DNA of 32,000 nt, from assembly GCF_000010065.1 (NCBI RefSeq), contig NC_006576.1:1731522-1763521 (forward strand), in the 5' to 3' direction. Positions 10,445-21,583 of this stretch are shown piece after piece (the first letter of the stretch is position 1; each line of letters begins with the position of its first letter). The translations under genes were made by a program, and so were the position numbers. The stretch is from Synechococcus elongatus PCC 6301 (GTDB lineage: Bacteria; Cyanobacteriota; Cyanobacteriia; Synechococcales; Synechococcaceae). The notes beneath the pieces were generated by a model that saw only the letters and a list, made by a program, of their open reading frames with translations, made no database searches and was not told the origin of the DNA.

Positions 10445-11202
10445 GCCTCCTGCAGCTCGAGCAAGTGACGCGCCGCTTTGGTGGCCTTGTTGCGGTCAAT
10501 CAAGTCTCCTTCAAGGTCGAAGTGGGTGAGATCTTTGGACTGATTGGCCCCAATGGTGCGGGCAAGACAACGCTCTTCAACTTGATCACCGGCTTACAAC
10601 CGTTAAGCGGCGGTGAGATTTGCTTTCAGGGCGATCGTCTCGATCGCCAGCGACCGGATCAGATCGCGCAGCGGGGCATTGCCCGAACATTTCAGAACCT
10701 GAGGCTGTTCAATCAGCTATCAGTGTTCGAGAACGTGCTGGTGGCGCGTCATCGGCAAGCTCGTACTTCTCTGTGGGATGAGCTGATCGGGTCGAGCCGA
10801 GCGACCCGTCAAAGTCGAGGCGATCGCCGCCGTGTGCAGGAATTGCTGGAGTTGCTCGAGCTGAGCGATCAAGCGGATCAGCCCGCTGCCAGTTTGGCCT
10901 ATGGCGATCGCCGCCGTTTGGAAATTGCCCGTGCGCTAGCGCTAGAGCCGCAACTCTTGCTGTTGGATGAGCCTGCAGCTGGACTCAACCCTCGGGAAAA
11001 ACAGGATTTAAGCGATCGCATTCGGGCGATTCGGGAGCAATTCCAGCTGACGGTGGTTTTGATTGAGCACCATGTGCCGCTGGTGATGGGTCTGTGCGAT
11101 CGCATTGCGGTATTGGATTTTGGGCAATTGATTGCCCTTGGCGATCCGGCCACGGTTCGCCAGGATCCGGCTGTGATTGAGGCATACCTAGGCGATGAGT
11201 GA
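10441..11202 (+). CDS. ABC transporter ATP-binding protein, LivG-type (NatA-like)
   Basis: Start MSLLQLEQVTRRFGG at 10441, overlapping the upstream stop. Walker A GPNGAGKTT, LIxGL..., Walker B LLLLDEPAAGLNPRE, H-loop VVLIEHH. Confidence 0.95.
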   Translation: MSLLQLEQVTRRFGGLVAVNQVSFKVEVGEIFGLIGPNGAGKTTLFNLITGLQPLSGGEICFQGDRLDRQRPDQIAQRGIARTFQNLRLFNQLSVFENVLVARHRQARTSLWDELIGSSRATRQSRGDRRRVQELLELLELSDQADQPAASLAYGDRRRLEIARALALEPQLLLLDEPAAGLNPREKQDLSDRIRAIREQFQLTVVLIEHHVPLVMGLCDRIAVLDFGQLIALGDPATVRQDPAVIEAYLGDE

Positions 11203-11908
11203 GCCCCTGCTGCAACTGAGTCAGATCGCAGTGAACTATGGGGCTGTGGTCGCCCTGACTGACTTGACGCTCGAGATTTTTCCGGGCGAGATCGTGGCGC
11301 TAATCGGGGCGAATGGCGCCGGCAAAAGCACGACCCTACGGGCAATTTCTCGCCTTGTGCCGCTTCAACAAGGCCGGATCTACTACGACCAGCAGGATCT
11401 GGGTTTGATCCCAGCGCCGCAACTGGTGGGACGAGGACTAGCGCATTGTCCTGAGGGTCGCCGTGTCTTGGCTCGTCAGAGTGTGCGGATCAATCTGGAA
11501 CTTGGAGCTTACTGTCGGCGCGATCGCATTGGAATTCAAACGGATCTAGAGCTGCAATTCGATCGCTTTCCGCGCCTGCGGGAACGACAGAATCAACCGG
11601 CTGGTACCCTCAGTGGCGGCGAGCAACAGATGCTGGCGATCGCCCGAGCGTTGATGAGTCGTCCTCGCTTGCTGCTGTTAGATGAACCGAGCTTGGGCCT
11701 AGCTCCTCAGATCGTCCAAGAGATTTTTAGCGTCATCCGCAGCTTGCGTGAGCAAGGTATGACGATTCTCTTGGTTGAGCAGAATGCTACTTTGGCGCTC
11801 CAGACTGCCGATCGCGGCTACGTTCTGGAGGCAGGACAACTGCTCTTCTCAGGGCCAGCAGCGGATCTGCTGATTGATCCCCGCGTCAAGCAAGCCTATC
11901 TGGGCTAG
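11195..11908 (+). CDS. ABC transporter ATP-binding protein, LivF-type (NatE-like)
   Basis: Walker A GANGAGKST, signature LSGGEQQMLAIARALMSRP, Walker B LLLLDEPSLGLAP, VEQN. 8-bp overlap with upstream ATPase gene. Confidence 0.95.
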   Translation: MSEPLLQLSQIAVNYGAVVALTDLTLEIFPGEIVALIGANGAGKSTTLRAISRLVPLQQGRIYYDQQDLGLIPAPQLVGRGLAHCPEGRRVLARQSVRINLELGAYCRRDRIGIQTDLELQFDRFPRLRERQNQPAGTLSGGEQQMLAIARALMSRPRLLLLDEPSLGLAPQIVQEIFSVIRSLREQGMTILLVEQNATLALQTADRGYVLEAGQLLFSGPAADLLIDPRVKQAYLG

Positions 11909-12074
11909 GAGCAGCCGGCGCTCCAACGAGTTGGCTGTATTGCATTTAGCAAGAAAATCAGGACTTTTGTGTCTAAGCTGCCTAGTCTCCAACCCGTGGT
12001 CACCACCGGCAAGTTTTACCCGCCGCGATCGCGATCCAGCCGATCAGTCGCACCCGAAATCTTGTTGCGGGGGG

Positions 12075-12129
12075 CTGGGGGAGTCGAGTCCCCCAGTGCG
12101 TGGGTGTGGGGGTGCGCAATCACCCCCAC
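12075..12129. terminator. Two adjacent perfect GC-rich inverted repeats between the convergent transporter operon and gyrB (candidate bidirectional terminator)
   Basis: CTGGGGGA-gtcgag-TCCCCCAG (12075-12096) and GTGGGGGTG-cgcaat-CACCCCCAC (12106-12129). No clear T-tract follows on the + strand. Confidence 0.4.
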
Positions 12130-12313
12130 GGACAGAGGCTGTTGAATCCAAACCAACCAACTCAAAAATCGTCCTAACCTTCCTGCAGAATGCTATGGGC
12201 ACCAACAAACGCCGCATTGACCGGCACTAGGATGCCTTAGCCGACTGCTGTTTGCTGAAGACTCGTTATGGCGGCAGAGCAAGACTGATGAGGAATTGCG
12301 ACGGGCTGGGACT

Positions 12314-14311
<1,998 letters not shown>

Positions 14312-14372
14312 TCAAAATACTAGCACAAAAGCCTTAAAGCCGCTTCTGGATGGCTCTCAAGGCGCGATCGCA

Positions 14373-15299
14373 GTGGAGATGGAATCGCGTTTGAAACCAG
14401 GTTTGATTGTCCTCTGTGGGCCAACGGCGGCAGGAAAATCGAGTTTGGCGATCGCGATCGCCCAGCGTTTGGGCAGCCCAATTTTGAGTGCTGATTCGCG
14501 GCTGGTTTATCGCGACTTTAATATTGGCACCGCCAAGCCCACCCCTGCCGAGCAGCAGCAGGTGCCCCACTATTTAATGGATCTCTGTGATCCCCGCCAA
14601 GTTTTTACCGTTGGGGATTATCAAGATTGTGCAGTGCCACTGATTCAGCAACTCCAGGAAAAAGGAATGCTGCCCTTGTTGGTAGGGGGTACAGGTCTCT
14701 ACATCAAAGCGATCGTCAACGGTTTACGCTTTCCCCGCATTGCACCGCAGCCTAAGCTGCGATCGCAACTTCAAGCGTTAGGTCAGCCACTCTGTCATGC
14801 CCTATTACAGCGGGTTGATCCGGTGGCTGGCGACCGAATTCATGTCAATGATCGCGTTCGGACCTTGCGAGCCTTAGAAGTCTTCTATGTCAGTGGCGAT
14901 CGCCTGACGGATCTGCAGCAGGAGCAACCGCCGAGCTATCCAATTCTGCAGATTGGCTTGGATAGCGATCGCTTAGAAGCCAGGATTCAGCAGCGCACCC
15001 AGCAGATGTTAACGTCGGGCTTCGTTGAGGAAGTGCAAGGATTGTGCGATCGCTACGGTAGCGATCTGCCGCTGCTCAATACCCTGGGCTATCGCCAGGT
15101 TTGTGCTTTTCTACAGGGAAGTTTGAGTCGGTCAGAGTTGCCAGAGCAAATCGTCCTGCAGACGCGCCAGTATGCCAAACAGCAGCGCACTTGGTTCCGG
15201 GCCGATTCATCGATTCAGTGGATTGATGCCGAAGCCGGCAATCGCCTGGAGCGGGCGCTAGACCTGATTGAGCGCTTCCGAAAGAGTGAGGGCGTTTGA
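14373..15299 (+). CDS. miaA: tRNA dimethylallyltransferase
   Basis: LIVLCGPTAAGKSSLAIAIAQ, ILSADSRLVYRDFNIGTAKPTPAEQQQVPHYLMD, VGGTGLYIKAIVNGL, KQQRTWFR. The start may be the next in-frame Met (14379). Confidence 0.96.
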   Translation: MEMESRLKPGLIVLCGPTAAGKSSLAIAIAQRLGSPILSADSRLVYRDFNIGTAKPTPAEQQQVPHYLMDLCDPRQVFTVGDYQDCAVPLIQQLQEKGMLPLLVGGTGLYIKAIVNGLRFPRIAPQPKLRSQLQALGQPLCHALLQRVDPVAGDRIHVNDRVRTLRALEVFYVSGDRLTDLQQEQPPSYPILQIGLDSDRLEARIQQRTQQMLTSGFVEEVQGLCDRYGSDLPLLNTLGYRQVCAFLQGSLSRSELPEQIVLQTRQYAKQQRTWFRADSSIQWIDAEAGNRLERALDLIERFRKSEGV

Positions 15300-15393
15300 G
15301 CTAAGCTTCAGTCCCTACATCAAGCTCGGGGTCGAAGAGTGCTGAGAGCATAAGCACAAGCTTCGAGAAACGTGGCAAGGGGGAAACAGCTGC

Positions 15394-15669
15394 TCAGCGA
15401 CCGTATTTGTAGCCAGCCGCGAGAGCCTCCTCGAAGCACGACTTCAGGCTAGGACTCTCATCCAAGAGCTGTCCAACCACCAAGTGTGGATTTGCGATTG
15501 TAATCCGCTCATTGCGACTGCGACGATCGGACTGATATTGCCATTTCAGATGGTGCAGGCCGAGCTGCTGGAAAGCAGACCCTAAAGCGCAGTACTCGCT
15601 TGTGCCCCAGTCTTCGATCTCCACAATCACAGTGGCCCAAGCTACCTGCTCGTAGCGGCACAGCCGCAA
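15394..15669 (-). pseudogene. Fragment resembling a DUF29-family protein (lacks N- and C-terminal parts)
   Basis: VIVEIEDWGTSEYCALGSAFQQLGLHHLKWQYQSDRRSRNERITIANPHLVVGQLLDESPSLKSCFEEALAAGY resembles the cyanobacterial DUF29 core (IEEIExmG...HLLKWQYQPxRRSxSWxxTI...SPSLKxxLxExxxxAY). The usual start and C-terminal tail are missing. Confidence 0.55.
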
Positions 15670-15751
15670 CAGTTAGGCTGCAGAGCAAGCTGAACTGCGA
15701 AGATCTTGATCGCAGCAATTGAGAGGCAGGGGATTTTGCAGTGCCAAGAAC

Positions 15752-16360
15752 CTACGGCTGGCGGGGTTTGAGTCGTGAGGGCTTGCTTGGTGCTGGCTGA
15801 GAAGCTGGCGTCTGCAGCTCTGAGACTTTGCAGTCCTTCTTCAGGAATAAGTCAGTCAAATGTTCGCGGCGGGCGGTCGCCGTCCCTAGTTCACCGCCAA
15901 GCTTCATCAACTCTCCTTGGCTGGTCTCGAGTTCAGCTATTTGGGCTTCCAAAGCACTGAATTCGGCGGCTTGGGCTGCAGAGCTGGCAAGGCTGCCGAC
16001 AGTACTAGTAATCAGGCCCGCACCTGGAATCAAACCTGCGAGGCCACTAAGCGTACTGATGGCGCTGGATGCCCCCCCAATACCACCAGCAGAGGAAGTC
16101 ATGGCGCGGCTCGTGCGACTGACTTTGTCCATCAGAGCTTCGTACTGGGTTTGGCGATCGCGGATCGTTGTTTCCAGATCCTGCACTTCGGTGTAGAGCT
16201 GGGCACAGGTCAGCTCGCCATCGCCGAGTTTTTTGACTGGGCCGGTGGGAAATACCCCTTCGGAATCGAGCAGAGGGTCAAAAGTTTGAGCAAAGGCAGC
16301 ACCGATACTCGAACTCAAGAGCATGGGGACGAGCAAAAGCTGACTCAGGAGCCAACGCAT
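15752..16360 (-). CDS. Hypothetical exported protein with coiled coil and Gly/Ala/Ser-rich central segment
   Basis: 202-aa ORF with a clear signal peptide (MRWLLSQLLLVPMLLSSSIGAAFAQ), helical heptad-like segments flanking GGIGGASSAISTLSGLAGLIPGAGLITSTVGSLASSAAQ, and a Pro-rich C-terminus. Confidence 0.7.
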   Translation of the reverse strand: MRWLLSQLLLVPMLLSSSIGAAFAQTFDPLLDSEGVFPTGPVKKLGDGELTCAQLYTEVQDLETTIRDRQTQYEALMDKVSRTSRAMTSSAGGIGGASSAISTLSGLAGLIPGAGLITSTVGSLASSAAQAAEFSALEAQIAELETSQGELMKLGGELGTATARREHLTDLFLKKDCKVSELQTPASQPAPSKPSRLKPRQP

Positions 16361-16431
16361 AGTGGTGTCTCTCGGAAAGGTTAGGACTGCTGGAGACTGG
16401 GGCGATCGCTGCCTTCGCAGTGAACCCCAAG

Positions 16432-16650
16432 TTATGCAGCGGATTGCAGTTGATCGAGTCGCAACCAGACATTGGGCGTTGGGCGCGAGAAGCGAACAAG
16501 GGCATAGTCGCCTTTGATATCCAAGATCTCGCCGTTGGTTTCGAGCACATAGCTGGGAATGCGACCGTCACTGGCCAACAGTTCGACGCTGCCTTGAAGT
16601 TGCTCGGCGATCGCACGAACCAAAGATCCTTTCTTGAGGGCTGCAGCCAT
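16432..16650 (-). CDS. ndhO: NAD(P)H-quinone oxidoreductase subunit O
   Basis: 72 aa; [12 protein letters not shown]...[43 protein letters not shown] matches the cyanobacterial NdhO pattern. Confidence 0.93.
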   Translation of the reverse strand: MAAALKKGSLVRAIAEQLQGSVELLASDGRIPSYVLETNGEILDIKGDYALVRFSRPTPNVWLRLDQLQSAA

Positions 16651-16957
16651 GGGGCTTATCCGAGGAGCAATACGCCCCTCATTGTAGGCAGAGTTGGCGA
16701 TCGCAACAGTTCAGGGACCTGATCAGAGATTGATGAAAATCATAAATTTAGGAATGATGACCTGACAGAACAGCCTTAGTTCTTATTTATTTAATAATCC
16801 TGAAGACTGGCAGCAAAGCTTCATTGAGACTTGACCTAGCGCTTTGGTAAACGCCGTGTTTGAACAAGGTTTGTATCCCGTGTAGCTAGTTACGGATCAG
16901 GTTGACTAAAGTCCGGCAGAATAGAATTAGATTTAAGAGAAGAGGGCCAGACGGTCT

Positions 16958-18538
16958 ATGGCTCGACGATGGGTCCACAAAAAACGCAACAGCAGCGATC
17001 GCGGCTATATCCTAGGCATCGTAATTGTCCTTGCCTTAGTTCTAGGGGTTAGTGTCGCTGCCCTAGCGCTCCGGAGTGCTGGTGAAAAAGCTGGGTCGAG
17101 CCAGCGGAATAGTGTTGATCTGAGCCTTTCAGCAGCAGAAATCGGTCAAGACCGCCTCTTTGCTAATCTCAATGGAGTTTTTGGACCTTATGCCTCAGCG
17201 GCGTTCCCTGATACAACGACAGGAGTTGCAACGACCGCAACTCGTTCTTGGGCACAACTCAGAACAGTTCTGACTTCGGGAGGGACAGCTAACGCTAATC
17301 CCTGCTCAACTCCAACTCCAGACTTTAATATCCTCACGACAGTTGGAACGAGTACTTTAGGAAATAGTGGTCAGCTGAGTTGGCAGTTGGTTAGCTATAA
17401 GCCTCAGGCTAACAATACAGCCCGGGTCGTCATGCGGGGTTTCCAAGGTACAAGTAGCTCAAACATACGAACAGAAGTTGAGCGAACCTACGCCACACGT
17501 CGAGTAACAGCCTTTAATACTGCTTCTACGTTTCCTGCACTGCTGACGGGCAGTGTGACACTAGGGAACAACGATGTAATTTCTGTCGTAGATCCAAATA
17601 CAGGACAATCTGTTTGTAACGCTAATGTTTACTGTCTAACTTGTACCGGTATTAATAATTTTGGCCAGAACCCTCAAAGTGTTGTTGATGGTGACTTGGT
17701 TTATCGTGCAACAACACCCGACGCCGATGGGAACTCTCTACTAAGTAATGGCATTGACTGGAATCAGAATACTAATTTTCCAGCTCCTAAGGTATGGCCA
17801 GGTTATCCAACAATCCCTATTCCTTTTTCTGCAGTAACTAACTTGCAAATTGCAGCTCTTTTTGCGGCACCTTCTTCTACTCTAAATCCTGGGTTCTACA
17901 ATGACTTAGGGGGTAGGCTAAGCCCAAGTAACCCGCTAGATTTACGGCTGAATCCAGATATCACAGGAAGTATCACTCTTCCGCGCTCAACTGATGTTAT
18001 TGGAGCAAATGGAGCCTACAACTATTTAGTCCGGGATGTAACAACCAACGGTAATGAGTTTATTCGCGTCAATACGCCTGGCTGCGAAGGTGTAACCCCC
18101 GTCCCAACTTCAACCTGTAAGCCAGTTTATCTATATGTCGTGGGTGACGTGAATGCTGATTTCTTGCATACAAACTCGCCCACTGGGACTACAACGGTTA
18201 ATGAGCCGGAAGACTTTGTGATTTTTGGTCGGCCTGGTGACTACACTGCCTCTGGCATTGATCAGACCATTACTATCAATGGTGGCTCGCGAGTAACCAG
18301 TGCTTTAGTGGTCGCTCCCCGCGCACGAGTAGGCGTCAACGGGGGGTCTAACAACCCAGACTTTTACGGTGCTGTCTGGTCAAAGGAATGGAATGGCTCT
18401 AGTAGTAATAACGTTGAGATTGTTGTTCCCCTCGACATTGCTGAGAGAGCAAGAGAATTCTACAATTCACCCCGTCCAACGGTCCTTCGCCTGAACTTCC
18501 TAGATATTTGGAGAGCAGGGGGTACGTTTAATCCATGA
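16958..18538 (+). CDS. Large minor-pilin-like protein (PilX/GspK- or HpsA-like N-terminus), copy 1
   Basis: N-terminus DRG|YILGIVIVLALVLGVSVAALALRSAGEKAG resembles a prepilin-peptidase site followed by a hydrophobic helix. Clear paralogy with 20096..21583 at both termini (GYIL..., AAEIG..RL; C-terminal APRARVGVNGG...NNVEIVVPLD). Confidence 0.8.
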   Translation: MARRWVHKKRNSSDRGYILGIVIVLALVLGVSVAALALRSAGEKAGSSQRNSVDLSLSAAEIGQDRLFANLNGVFGPYASAAFPDTTTGVATTATRSWAQLRTVLTSGGTANANPCSTPTPDFNILTTVGTSTLGNSGQLSWQLVSYKPQANNTARVVMRGFQGTSSSNIRTEVERTYATRRVTAFNTASTFPALLTGSVTLGNNDVISVVDPNTGQSVCNANVYCLTCTGINNFGQNPQSVVDGDLVYRATTPDADGNSLLSNGIDWNQNTNFPAPKVWPGYPTIPIPFSAVTNLQIAALFAAPSSTLNPGFYNDLGGRLSPSNPLDLRLNPDITGSITLPRSTDVIGANGAYNYLVRDVTTNGNEFIRVNTPGCEGVTPVPTSTCKPVYLYVVGDVNADFLHTNSPTGTTTVNEPEDFVIFGRPGDYTASGIDQTITINGGSRVTSALVVAPRARVGVNGGSNNPDFYGAVWSKEWNGSSSNNVEIVVPLDIAERAREFYNSPRPTVLRLNFLDIWRAGGTFNP

Positions 18539-19128
18539 AGAGAATTCATAAACGATCGCGCCGGTCGCAGTTAGGCTTCTCACTGGTCGAGATCCTAGTC
18601 GCTGCTATTCTGACTGTCCTCTTAGCTCAAGCAACTGCGGCTGCTTTAAGAATTTCAGTCCAAACTCAAAATCGGGCCAGCACTGAAAACTCTTTTGAAA
18701 ATGCCATTGTTGCTGATTTAGAGCAAGTTAGAGCTATCAATCGAAATCTTTGCCGTAATCCTAACTTTGATCGCACTGCAACAACTTCTCCTAACAACCT
18801 GAGCTATGGTCCTTTTGGTGACTGTGCTGGAACTATCTTTCAGGAAAGATGCCGGGCAACGGGCACCACACCCGGATTTGGTAATCTTCTCCAAGCGCAA
18901 GTCCCTAATTTTACGAGCCAGACTGTGATTGTGAATGGACAGACTTGGACTATATCTCGACAAACTCTTGTTCCCGATCGTCCTCTCAACTCAGGAGATG
19001 CCGGCTATGCAGAATCGAGTCAGTCAGTATTGAAGGTTAGATATGACTTGACTAGAGGAAGTACAACAATTGCACCGGCTTTTGTCACCGAGTTTGTTCC
19101 TGATGCAGTAGGCTCGTGTCAAGGATAA
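18535..19128 (+). CDS. Type IV minor pilin, PilV-like, copy 1
   Basis: LG|FSLVEILVAAILTVLLAQATAAAL class III signal peptide with Glu at +5; ATGA overlap with upstream gene; paralogous to 21583..22152. Confidence 0.82.
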   Translation: MKRIHKRSRRSQLGFSLVEILVAAILTVLLAQATAAALRISVQTQNRASTENSFENAIVADLEQVRAINRNLCRNPNFDRTATTSPNNLSYGPFGDCAGTIFQERCRATGTTPGFGNLLQAQVPNFTSQTVIVNGQTWTISRQTLVPDRPLNSGDAGYAESSQSVLKVRYDLTRGSTTIAPAFVTEFVPDAVGSCQG

Positions 19129-19273
19129 GTTAATTAACCCTAGTATTAAACTTTCTACTAGATTAAAGGTTTGCCCTTTCTAGCATGTCCATAGCATTCG
19201 TTTAATTCATTCTTTCATCCTGAAACTCAGTAGTCAGTATGACTCGTAGCCTAGCAACAGGAGAACTATCGAG

Positions 19274-19966
19274 ATGAGTACGCAACGCCTCTTTTGGCGA
19301 TGGTTTTTACAGCGTCATGGTGAAGCTGGTATCACTCTAGTCGAGGTTCTAGTTGCGGGTATTATTGGCGTGTTGGTTGTTTTGGCGGGCGGTTATGCGT
19401 TAGTGACCAACCTCCGAGTCGATCGCGAACTGTCATCAGCCGCAATTCAACGCAATCTTCAAACGAGAGCTTTGGAGTACATCAGTAGTGAAGTCCGTCA
19501 AGCCAACTTAATCTACGCGCCGAATAACACACCGAACCTGTGCAGTAGCTATACGAGAGTCTTGGGGCTGCAAACAACGGTGAATGGTAGCAATCGCAAT
19601 ATTGTTTATGCGGTTGGCAATGCCAACAACCCATGGCGGGGCGATCGCGTGCTATATCGCTGTGGCCCGCCAATCGATACCTCCACTGGACGTTACAGCT
19701 CAGGTAGCGACGTTGAAGAAGTGATTTTGGATGGCTTGAGCAGCGCTACCCTGGTGGCTAATAGCAATGGATGTGGTGCTGTCCCGACGGCCTACGCTGT
19801 TAGCAGCAGCAATACAGCAGGCCTGCGTGCTTTTTTCCGTACTGCCAGTAACGTCGTGAACACTAATTCCGCACAAATTCTGCTGGGGATGCAAATTGAT
19901 CGAGGTATTCAAGGAAATGCAACGAGTTGTGCAAGCATTGTTGCTTCCAATCGTTCGACCCCTTGA
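19274..19966 (+). CDS. Type IV minor pilin, PilW-like, copy 1
   Basis: AG|ITLVEVLVAGIIGVLVVLAGGYALVTNLRVDRELSS; shares RNLQTRALEYISSEVRQAN and YRCGP with 22195..23427. Confidence 0.82.
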   Translation: MSTQRLFWRWFLQRHGEAGITLVEVLVAGIIGVLVVLAGGYALVTNLRVDRELSSAAIQRNLQTRALEYISSEVRQANLIYAPNNTPNLCSSYTRVLGLQTTVNGSNRNIVYAVGNANNPWRGDRVLYRCGPPIDTSTGRYSSGSDVEEVILDGLSSATLVANSNGCGAVPTAYAVSSSNTAGLRAFFRTASNVVNTNSAQILLGMQIDRGIQGNATSCASIVASNRSTP

Positions 19967-20095
19967 TAAATGAGTAATGCTAAGTATTTAGCGATTTTTG
20001 ATCGCCTAGAGAATCTAGTGAACTGTACTTGTCTACCGCTAGCAGCAAAAATTCACTAAGATTTGGGTATATTCGTCTCTGGTGCTTAGGCTGCA

Positions 20096-21583
20096 GTGAT
20101 GGTGAGACCTATCCAACTTGTGCGGGCGTGGTTGATCAGGCGATCGCCTAAGGCACGGTACCGTAAGCCCGGTGGGTACATTTTGGCGACCGTCATTGGT
20201 TTGAGCCTTATTTTGGCGGTTGGCATCACCTCAGTCAGCATCCGAGCTGCTGCCGAGCGAGCAGGTAGTTTGCAGACAACGACGATAAATCTTTCTCAAT
20301 CCGCAGCCGAAATTGGGATCGAGCGCTTGTATGCCGTTCTCAACAACGGACCTTATCAGTCATTAGCAAGCAAAAGATTTGATAGAGATTCAGACACAAC
20401 TACTTGGACAACAGAGATCAGTAATATCAACTCGGCAGCCAATCAGAACAGTAACAACGTAAGAGGGTGTGGTATTACCCCAGCAGTTACCACCCAGCAG
20501 CAGCTAAATGACTTGACAGCCGGGACTACAACAATTGCTTCTACTTCAAACAATATCTGGTGGAGACTGAAGAGCTATTCCCCACCGGATCTAACAACTA
20601 ATCCAAAAACCCCTGCAACTATCGTGATGCAAGGTGGAACAGGTACTAGCTCTGGTGATACCTCAGGTCGAAGAACCGAAATTGAGAAAAAGTTTTTCCC
20701 TGAGAATGGAACCCCCATTCTTCGCAATGCACTAGGAAATGCTGCACTCTTTGCCGGGTCAATTGACCTTGGCAACAATGATGTCCTCTCCAGTGATGCT
20801 ACTCAGGGCTGCGCCAACGTCTATTGCCGGGATTGCCAAACTGGGCAAGGTCCAAACAGTACTGTTGAAGGGGCCGTTATTACCTTGCCAGCTTCAGTTC
20901 CATTCCCGGAACCAAAAGTCTGGCCATCTTCTGGAGCAACCCAAGCGAATGGTTTCTACGACCGTAAAGGTCAAGCGCAACCTTTTGGAACTCCCCCACT
21001 CTTACGAGTTGCAGATTTTCCTAATACAGATGCCAATAAGTTTATCAACATTCGAGTTGATGATATTCCTGCCAATTTAAAAGTCATTAATGACAGTTGT
21101 GGGGGAGCTATCAGCACTCCTGATCGATTGCCTGTCAATACCAATTCCGGCTGTAAGCGAGTTGCAATTTACTTTGAAGGCAATATCACTGGACCTATTA
21201 CTCAACTTTATGCAGACCTTCCTACGGCTACCTTTCTTCCTTACCCAGAAAATCTAGTTCTTTATGGCTTGCCTTCCACTGCCACCGGCAATCAAAACAT
21301 TACCTTAAGTGGCAACAGTGACAAAATTCAAGGAGCAGTTATCGTAGCTCCCAAAGCCCGTGCTGGGATTAACGGTGGTCCGCCGAAAAGTCGTACTAAC
21401 CCAGATGTTTATGGGCCACTCTATGTGGGAATTTGGGATCGCTCTAACAGTAATAACGCAGAAATTGTCGTTCCTTATGATATGTTTGCCCGAATTGATG
21501 GCTTAATTCCCAATCTCAATGAGATCACGACTTTAGTTTCACTGCGGAGTGCAACATCATGGCAAAAGGGAGGCAATCTCTAG
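20096..21583 (+). CDS. Large minor-pilin-like protein (PilX/GspK- or HpsA-like N-terminus), copy 2
   Basis: PGG|YILATVIGLSLILAVGITSVSIRAAAERAG; C-terminal APKARAGINGG...NPDVYGPLY...NNAEIVVPYD parallels copy 1. Start could be GTG 20096 or ATG 20099. Confidence 0.8.
   Translation: MMVRPIQLVRAWLIRRSPKARYRKPGGYILATVIGLSLILAVGITSVSIRAAAERAGSLQTTTINLSQSAAEIGIERLYAVLNNGPYQSLASKRFDRDSDTTTWTTEISNINSAANQNSNNVRGCGITPAVTTQQQLNDLTAGTTTIASTSNNIWWRLKSYSPPDLTTNPKTPATIVMQGGTGTSSGDTSGRRTEIEKKFFPENGTPILRNALGNAALFAGSIDLGNNDVLSSDATQGCANVYCRDCQTGQGPNSTVEGAVITLPASVPFPEPKVWPSSGATQANGFYDRKGQAQPFGTPPLLRVADFPNTDANKFINIRVDDIPANLKVINDSCGGAISTPDRLPVNTNSGCKRVAIYFEGNITGPITQLYADLPTATFLPYPENLVLYGLPSTATGNQNITLSGNSDKIQGAVIVAPKARAGINGGPPKSRTNPDVYGPLYVGIWDRSNSNNAEIVVPYDMFARIDGLIPNLNEITTLVSLRSATSWQKGGNL

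Noticed and set aside
7377-11908. Possibility that the ABC cluster is the urea transporter urtABCDE
   Set aside because: Gene order alone would fit, but the substrate-binding protein is a shorter lipoprotein without the UrtA-like features I would expect, so neutral/branched-chain amino-acid transport is more likely. A phylogeny would settle it.
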